Source of the DNA: an uncultured Methylophilaceae bacterium
Lineage (GTDB): Bacteria; Pseudomonadota; Gammaproteobacteria; Burkholderiales; Methylophilaceae
Reading direction: 5' to 3'
Assembly: GCA_964470195.1 (NCBI GenBank)
Contig: CAYYBG010000003.1
Location: 9,012 to 73,011 of the forward strand
Length of the DNA stretch: 64,000 bases
Positions 57,807-64,000 of the stretch are shown here, piece by piece. The stretch's first letter is position 1; every line of letters begins with the position of its first letter. The translations under genes were made by a program, and so were the position numbers. Under the pieces are notes generated by a model. The model ran no database searches and was not told the origin of the DNA. It saw only the letters and a program-made list of their open reading frames with translations.

Positions 57807-59816
57807 TTAAACCTTCATAAACAAGGTAAGTAAAAGGAATACACCAATAATCATGGCAAACGCATAGTGATAAATCAGGCCTGATTGCAAACGACGCACC
57901 AGCTTGGATAGCAAAGCTACTAATCGAGCACTACCATTCACCAACCAGCCATCAATCACGCGCACATCGCCGGTCTGCCATAATGTGCCACCCAGCAGAC
58001 GTGAGCCAGCGGCAAAGAATTTTTCATTGAAGCGATCAAAGCCATATTTATTCTCCAGCACCACAACCAGAGGACGGCAATAATGCGCGATGGTGGCTGG
58101 GATTTGAGGTAATTTCATGTAGAACAACCAGGCACAAAACACCCCTGCCAGCGCCAACATGAAAGGCACTGAACTGAGCGCATGGATGGCCATGGCGCTA
58201 GCACCATGAAAATCTTCTGCCAAATGATGCATGACTGGGTGTGCCTGTTGATCGATATAAATCACTTGCGAGAACCAATCACCGAATAACATAGGCTGTA
58301 TGGTGTAATAACCTATCGCCAAAGATGGGATAGCCAATAGAATCAATGGTAATGTCACTACCCAAGACTGCTCATGAGGATTTTGATCTGGCGCCAAACC
58401 GTGATGTTCATCATGTTCATCATGACCATCAGCATGATGATGCATATCACGCCAACGTTCCTTTCCATGGAACACCAAGAAATACATACGGAAAGAATAA
58501 AACGCAGTAACAAACACCCCGGCCAATACCGCAAAATAAGCAAAGCCACTGCCACTCAAGTGCGATAACTTGACCGCTTCGATGATCGAATCTTTCGAGT
58601 AAAAACCTGACAAGAAAGGTGTTCCTATCAGTGCTAAAGAACCGATTAACGAAGTCAACCAAGTGATTTTCATGTATTTGCGTAAGCCACCCATGTGACG
58701 AATATCTTGATCATGGTGCATACCCATAATCACTGAGCCAGCTGCAAGGAATAACAAGGCTTTGAAAAAGGCGTGCGTCATCAAATGAAACATCGCCACA
58801 GAGTAGGCTGAAACTCCTAAGGCAACGGTCATGTAGCCCAATTGCGAGAGTGTGGAATAAGCCACCACTCGCTTAATATCATTTTGAATAATGCCCAAAA
58901 AGCCCATAAACAGTGCGGTGATAGCGCCGATAATCATGACACTAGAGAGCGCAACATCAGACAATTCAAATAGCGGCGACATGCGTGCCACCATAAAGAT
59001 ACCTGCCGTCACCATGGTGGCAGCATGAATCAAAGCCGAGATAGGTGTGGGACCTTCCATAGAGTCTGGCAACCAGACATGTAATGGCACTTGGGCAGAT
59101 TTCCCCATAGCACCCACAAATAACAACAAGCAAGTCATGGTAATGAGCGACCATGATTGGTGCGGGATAACTGATACTGTGCTCTGTGCAAGGCTAGGTG
59201 CGCGCTCGAAAACTGTGGCGTAATCCAATGACCCGAAAAAATACAATACCATGCCGATGCCAAGCAAAAAGCCAAAATCACCGACACGATTAACCAAGAA
59301 GGCTTTTAAGTTGGCGTAAATTGCCGTGGGACGCGTAAACCAAAAACCGATGAGCAAATAAGACACCAAGCCCACTGCTTCCCAGCCAAAAAATAACTGC
59401 ATAAAGTTATTCGACATGACCAGCATTAACATAGAGAAAGTAAACAGCGAGATATAGCTGAAGAAACGGCGATAGCCAGCGTCTTCATGCATATACCCTA
59501 TGGTGTAGATATGCACCATGAGCGAGACAAAAGTCACTACTAGCATCATCGTGGCTGATAATTGGTCAATTAAGAAACCAACCTCAAAACTGGTATTACC
59601 GCTCACCAGCCAGGTATACACCGTGCCGTTATAGGTATTGCCTTGCAACACATCCAAAAATACCAACACAGATAAAGCAAAAGAGCCGGCCACCCCTGCA
59701 ATCGTCAACACATGGGCAAGACTTCTTGGTAAGGCATGATTGGCCAATCCAACGATGGCTGCTGCCAACAAAGGCAACAAAGGTATCAATAAATAAATGC
59801 TGTGCATGGACATCAT
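57807..59816 (-). CDS. nuoL: NADH-quinone oxidoreductase subunit L
   Basis: 669 aa (WLPDSMEGPTPISALIHAATMV) with a C-terminal lateral helix region. Confidence 0.95.
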   Translation of the reverse strand: MMSMHSIYLLIPLLPLLAAAIVGLANHALPRSLAHVLTIAGVAGSFALSVLVFLDVLQGNTYNGTVYTWLVSGNTSFEVGFLIDQLSATMMLVVTFVSLMVHIYTIGYMHEDAGYRRFFSYISLFTFSMLMLVMSNNFMQLFFGWEAVGLVSYLLIGFWFTRPTAIYANLKAFLVNRVGDFGFLLGIGMVLYFFGSLDYATVFERAPSLAQSTVSVIPHQSWSLITMTCLLLFVGAMGKSAQVPLHVWLPDSMEGPTPISALIHAATMVTAGIFMVARMSPLFELSDVALSSVMIIGAITALFMGFLGIIQNDIKRVVAYSTLSQLGYMTVALGVSAYSVAMFHLMTHAFFKALLFLAAGSVIMGMHHDQDIRHMGGLRKYMKITWLTSLIGSLALIGTPFLSGFYSKDSIIEAVKLSHLSGSGFAYFAVLAGVFVTAFYSFRMYFLVFHGKERWRDMHHHADGHDEHDEHHGLAPDQNPHEQSWVVTLPLILLAIPSLAIGYYTIQPMLFGDWFSQVIYIDQQAHPVMHHLAEDFHGASAMAIHALSSVPFMLALAGVFCAWLFYMKLPQIPATIAHYCRPLVVVLENKYGFDRFNEKFFAAGSRLLGGTLWQTGDVRVIDGWLVNGSARLVALLSKLVRRLQSGLIYHYAFAMIIGVFLLLTLFMKV

Positions 59817-59821
59817 GTGTC

Positions 59822-60127
59822 TTAACCTTGTAATTGATCCAAATCATCCACATTAATGGTGCGTAGATTTCGGAATAGCACCACCAAAATTGCCAAACCA
59901 ATGGCAGACTCAGCGGCTGCCACGGTAAGTATGAAAAATACGAAAACTTGTCCCGCCATATCGTTTAAATAGTGGGAGAAAGCAATAAAATTGAGGTTCA
60001 CCGCCAACAACATCAGCTCAATCGCCATCAATAAAATAATCACGTTTTTGCGGTTAAGGAAAATACCCACCACACTAATGGCGAATAATAATGCGCCAAG
60101 AATCAAATAGTGCGACAAACTGACCAT
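59822..60127 (-). CDS. nuoK: NADH-quinone oxidoreductase subunit K
   Basis: 101 aa with three TM helices ([11 protein letters not shown]). Confidence 0.95.
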   Translation of the reverse strand: MVSLSHYLILGALLFAISVVGIFLNRKNVIILLMAIELMLLAVNLNFIAFSHYLNDMAGQVFVFFILTVAAAESAIGLAILVVLFRNLRTINVDDLDQLQG

Positions 60128-60759
60128 TAGCGTTTTCCTTTCACACGGTCTACCTTGGCATCCAGCTCGGCAGACATCTTAATAATGCGCAAGCGGTCGT
60201 TGCGTTTTACTTTGACCTGCTCAGCCGGATCAATGAATTTGCTATCTTTGCGTTCACGCAACGTTAAGGCAATAGCGGAGACAATGGCCACCAATAACAC
60301 CACCGCCGCCAACTCGAATGGCAGTAAATAATCGGTATACAACAAGCGTCCCAATTCAGCGGTATTGCTGTAATCAGCCGCATGCGGCGCTGGCGATGCG
60401 ACTCGTCCTAGACCAAAATTTTTCACACCCAACACCATCACCATCTCGGCCGCCATCATCACGCCTATCAGACCAGCAACGGGTAGGTAACGCCAAAAAC
60501 CCTCGCGCAAACGATCCAAATTGATATCCAGCATCATCACCACAAACAGGAATAGCACCATCACCGCGCCCACATACACCAGTACTAAGGCAATCGCCAA
60601 AAATTCAGCTTCCAGCAACAGCCAAATGCCCGCTGCAGTAAAAAACGCTAACACCAAATATAAAGCGGCATGCACAGGATTACGCGCGGTAATCACCCGC
60701 AAACCTGCCAGCAGCAAGATGGCTGCGAGAAAATAAAAAACGATGTCCTGAAAAATCAT
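60127..60759 (-). CDS. nuoJ: NADH-quinone oxidoreductase subunit J
   Basis: Assigned by operon position and TM pattern ([10 protein letters not shown]). Confidence 0.93.
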   Translation of the reverse strand: MIFQDIVFYFLAAILLLAGLRVITARNPVHAALYLVLAFFTAAGIWLLLEAEFLAIALVLVYVGAVMVLFLFVVMMLDINLDRLREGFWRYLPVAGLIGVMMAAEMVMVLGVKNFGLGRVASPAPHAADYSNTAELGRLLYTDYLLPFELAAVVLLVAIVSAIALTLRERKDSKFIDPAEQVKVKRNDRLRIIKMSAELDAKVDRVKGKR

Positions 60760-60771
60760 GCGGTTGATGTC

Positions 60772-61269
60772 CTATCGGAATTTGGCGTCTTGTGCACGGT
60801 CAGCCGCGATTTGTGATTCATATTGATCGCCCACGGCTAACAGCATTTCTTTGGTATACAACAAATCACCACGTTGCTCACCGTGATAATCAAATACCCG
60901 AGTTTCTACAATCGAGTCCACTGGGCAAGATTCTTCGCACATGCCACAGAAAATACATTTGGTTAAATCAATGTCATAGCGCGTGGTTCGGCGCGAGCCA
61001 TCTTCGCGTTGTTCGGATTCGATAGTGATGGCCATGGCTGGACAAACTGCTTCACATAATTTACAGGCGATGCAACGCTCTTCACCATTGGCGTAACGAC
61101 GCAATGCATGTAATCCGCGAAAACGTGGTGAAATCGGCGTGCGTTCTTCAGGGAACTGCACCGTGATTTTGCGCGCAAAGAAATAACGTCCAGTCAACTT
61201 CATGCCTTTCAAAAGCTCGACCAGCATCAAACTCGACACGATATGTTTAAACTTAGCTAGCATACTCAA
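60772..61269 (-). CDS. nuoI: NADH-quinone oxidoreductase subunit I
   Basis: Two 4Fe-4S motifs ([12 protein letters not shown] and [12 protein letters not shown]). Confidence 0.96.
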   Translation of the reverse strand: MSMLAKFKHIVSSLMLVELLKGMKLTGRYFFARKITVQFPEERTPISPRFRGLHALRRYANGEERCIACKLCEAVCPAMAITIESEQREDGSRRTTRYDIDLTKCIFCGMCEESCPVDSIVETRVFDYHGEQRGDLLYTKEMLLAVGDQYESQIAADRAQDAKFR

Positions 61270-61291
61270 TATCCCTCGTCATGCTCTGTGC

Positions 61292-62344
61292 CTAATGCAA
61301 CAGATAGCCCCACTGTGTTTGCATTAACGCGCCTATCACCACAATCCAAACCAAGGTGATAGGAATAAAAACTTTCCATCCCAAGCGCATGATTTGGTCA
61401 TAACGATAGCGCGGGAAGGTTGCTCTAAACCACAAGAAGAAAAACAGCATCAAGGCTACTTTTAGCAGTAACCATAAAAAACCATCTGGAATACCTGGGA
61501 CAGGCGACAACCAACCGCCCAAGAACATAATCACGGCCAACATGGATACTAGAATCATATTGGCATACTCAGCCAAAAAGAATACGGCAAAGGCCATGCC
61601 TGAATACTCGACATGAAAACCTGCCACAATCTCGGATTCCCCTTCTGCCACGTCAAAGGGCGCGCGGTTGGTTTCAGCAACAGCACTAATAAAATACACC
61701 ACAAACAATGGGAATAACGGCAACCAATACCAATTGAAAAAGCCCCCTGCTTGCGCCAATACAATTTTGTCTAGATTGAGAGAGTTGGCACACATTAATA
61801 CGCCGACCAAGGCAAAGCCCATGGCAATTTCGTACGAAACAATTTGGGCTGCTGAGCGCAGTGAGCCAAGGAAAGCGTATTTAGAGTTGGACGCCCAGCC
61901 AGCGATAATGACACCGTATACAGCCACCGAGGTCATGGCCAAGATATACAACAAACCGGCATCTAAGTCGGCTAACACTAAATTCAAATCAAATGGCACC
62001 ACAGCCCAAGCAGCAAAGGCTGGGGCAATGGCCAATACAGGGGCAATCAGAAACAGCGCTTTGTTGGCTTGTGAAGGAATCACGATTTCCTTCATCAACA
62101 GTTTCAAACCGTCAGCAATCGGTTGCAGCAAGCCAAAGTAGCCCACACGATTAGGGCCGATACGCACTTGCATAAAGCCAATCACTTTACGCTCAGCTAG
62201 CGTCAAATAAGCCACGGCACCCATCAGTGGCAGCACAATGGCAACAATTTTCAGCAGAGTCCAAGCGGTCACCGACACATAAGGCCACCAGCTACCAAAT
62301 TGCAAGGCAAGGAAATTAAGCAAAGGTTGTAAGTGATCTATCAT
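61292..62344 (-). CDS. nuoH: NADH-quinone oxidoreductase subunit H
   Basis: ERKV.GFMQ.R.GPNRVG, RAPFD..E.ESE.V.G. Confidence 0.96.
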   Translation of the reverse strand: MIDHLQPLLNFLALQFGSWWPYVSVTAWTLLKIVAIVLPLMGAVAYLTLAERKVIGFMQVRIGPNRVGYFGLLQPIADGLKLLMKEIVIPSQANKALFLIAPVLAIAPAFAAWAVVPFDLNLVLADLDAGLLYILAMTSVAVYGVIIAGWASNSKYAFLGSLRSAAQIVSYEIAMGFALVGVLMCANSLNLDKIVLAQAGGFFNWYWLPLFPLFVVYFISAVAETNRAPFDVAEGESEIVAGFHVEYSGMAFAVFFLAEYANMILVSMLAVIMFLGGWLSPVPGIPDGFLWLLLKVALMLFFFLWFRATFPRYRYDQIMRLGWKVFIPITLVWIVVIGALMQTQWGYLLH

Positions 62345-64000
62345 GCTTTGCTTACCTCAATTTCACCCATCAAATCACCCAACATCGCGGTTTCAGGACG
62401 ACCTGCAGGGACGCGCACGGTATTTTCTGGCAGACCATGGTCGGCCAGCACCAGTAGTTTTGCTGATGCACCCGCTTGTGTGAATAAAGCACTATCCCCC
62501 TCTTGCAACTTGAGTTTTTTCATCAAATTGGGGTGCATCGCGGCATGCACTTGTTGCGCTTTTCTGGTTTTTTGCAGTGCACTAGCGCGGCGCACCACGT
62601 TGTCCACCATAAAGGGAGGGACTTCACCCAAGCGTTGTAGTTTTTTAGTTTTTTTGCTGATGCTAACTTCTGATAATTGCGTCAGATTGTTATTCAGTCG
62701 ACGCCATACCACTTTGGATGGTTTTTCACCGGCAAAGATTTCGTCTTTGACCTGCTCACTACTTTCATAATCAAAACCAGCGACACCCAACATATTGGCC
62801 AACACACGCAGCACTTTCCAGCCTGGACGAGTCTCACCTAAGGGACGCACACAGGCAGCAAAACTCTGTACACGACCTTCCATGCTCATAAAGGTACCTG
62901 AGGTTTCACTAAAGGGTGAAATTGGTAGCAACACATCCGCTTGGCTCAATGCATCAGACTTGAACGGTGTCAGCGCCACGACAAACTCAGCTTGATTTAA
63001 TGCGGCGTTGGCCAACGCCGGGTTAGCACAGTCTAATTCTGGCTCAACATTCATCAACAGATAAGCTTTGCGTGGTTGCTCCAACATAGTCTTGGCATTT
63101 AACGCCCCACGACTTGGTAACACACGAGCCACGTCCAGACCAACACGATTCGCACCCTCGGAGAGCACGCCAAAAGTAGCGCCACATAGCGAGGCAATGG
63201 CTTCGCACAGACTATATAACTCAGAGTAGCGTGGATGATGTTGGGCAATATTGCCTAACCACACCACCGACTGAGGATTCACCAAATCAAAATCTTTACC
63301 CAGACCAGCCAAAGTCTCGGCAATTTCTTGGCTGTAGGCATCAACTTCAATGCTAGCTAATAAATCACTTAGGGATTTTGGCAAGCATAAAGACAAGCGC
63401 TGTAAGCCAGATGTCGCTTTAAGAATTTTGGCTAATTCCAATACCATATCATCCATCGAGGTGATGACTTGATGATGAGCTGGAATCAGTTGGTCATCAT
63501 CGATTGGGTTGATCAAAGTCATGCGTGCACCATTTTTCACTGCCGTTCTGATGCGGTGTGCCAATAGTGGATGCTCGTTACGCAGATGACTTCCGACAAT
63601 CAAAAATCTATCCATATGATCAACATCACTAATATTACAGCCCATCCACGAAGAGCCATGGAAGCGCCCGTCAAGACGATAGTCAGAACGACGTAAACGA
63701 TGATCGATGTTGCCACAACCGATGGCTTTGGTCAGTTTTTTAGCCAGATGACCTTCTTCCATGGTGCAATTGGTTTTTAATAGGACACCCAGTTGATTGG
63801 GGTCTTGTTGCACAATGCCACGCAATTTAGCCACGGTGAACTCTAATGCCGTTTGCCAATCCACTTCTTCGAAAACTTTGCCACGTCGTATCATCGGTTT
63901 GCTTAGACGCTCGCTACTGTTCAAACCTTCGTAAGAATAGCGGTCGCGGTCTGATAACCAGCACTCATTGATAGATTCTTTTTCTCGTGGTAACACACGC
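62341..64000 (-). CDS. nuoG: NADH-quinone oxidoreductase subunit G, C-terminal part (the N-terminus lies beyond the window)
   Basis: Molybdopterin-oxidoreductase-like domain of NuoG. The frame is open to the window edge. 4-nt overlap with nuoH. Confidence 0.93.
   Translation of the reverse strand, partial: RVLPREKESINECWLSDRDRYSYEGLNSSERLSKPMIRRGKVFEEVDWQTALEFTVAKLRGIVQQDPNQLGVLLKTNCTMEEGHLAKKLTKAIGCGNIDHRLRRSDYRLDGRFHGSSWMGCNISDVDHMDRFLIVGSHLRNEHPLLAHRIRTAVKNGARMTLINPIDDDQLIPAHHQVITSMDDMVLELAKILKATSGLQRLSLCLPKSLSDLLASIEVDAYSQEIAETLAGLGKDFDLVNPQSVVWLGNIAQHHPRYSELYSLCEAIASLCGATFGVLSEGANRVGLDVARVLPSRGALNAKTMLEQPRKAYLLMNVEPELDCANPALANAALNQAEFVVALTPFKSDALSQADVLLPISPFSETSGTFMSMEGRVQSFAACVRPLGETRPGWKVLRVLANMLGVAGFDYESSEQVKDEIFAGEKPSKVVWRRLNNNLTQLSEVSISKKTKKLQRLGEVPPFMVDNVVRRASALQKTRKAQQVHAAMHPNLMKKLKLQEGDSALFTQAGASAKLLVLADHGLPENTVRVPAGRPETAMLGDLMGEIEVSKA

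Noticed and set aside
58380-58470. A His/Asp-rich stretch in NuoL (HHHADGHDEHDEHHG), considered as a possible metal-binding insertion.
   Set aside because: As far as I recall, similar His-rich linkers occur at this position in NuoL of other Betaproteobacteria. I treat it as ordinary lineage variation.

Overview
This 64-kb chromosomal window has gene content and synteny typical of a betaproteobacterium. It is probably a Methylophilaceae-type methylotroph. That is an inference from tandem pqqA copies, a PQQ-dependent dehydrogenase, a Bat/Mxa-like TPR+VWA gene pair, and the conserved blocks pyrG-kdsA-eno-ftsB, thrS-infC-rpmI-rplT-pheST-ihfA-merR and nuoG..N-DUF2818-nudix. Most of the window is housekeeping: eno, kdsA, pyrG, selO, msrA, nhaA, katG, pgm, glyA, nrdR, ribD, mtnA, pheST, thrS, the nuo operon, and tRNA-Lys, tRNA-Pro and tRNA-Val.

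Notable points:
1. Two 23-codon orphan pqqA genes that the ORF track missed.
2. A ~1-kb mini-island at the 3' end of tRNA-Lys, bounded by ~78-bp direct repeats. It carries only a class-I Fic toxin and a VbhA-type antitoxin.
3. A complete four-gene Anbu operon (circularly permuted ATP-grasp, alpha-E, transglutaminase, proteasome-like peptidase), whose function is unknown.
4. mtnA coupled to a FucA-like aldolase, a DHAP-shunt-like pair.
5. A ygfX/cptA-like gene split by a frameshift at a 7-nt homopolymer, next to ygfZ.
6. A 918-aa serralysin/RTX/Ig-repeat exoprotein next to tRNA-Pro, with no secretion genes nearby.
7. An orphan HigA-type antidote next to tRNA-Val.
8. A cluster of three DnaA boxes upstream of mtnA.
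9. A tandem bactofilin pair.
10. infC with a non-canonical start codon.

I found no CRISPR array, rRNA, transposase or integrase. All family assignments come from motifs recognised by eye and need confirmation by HMM/BLAST.
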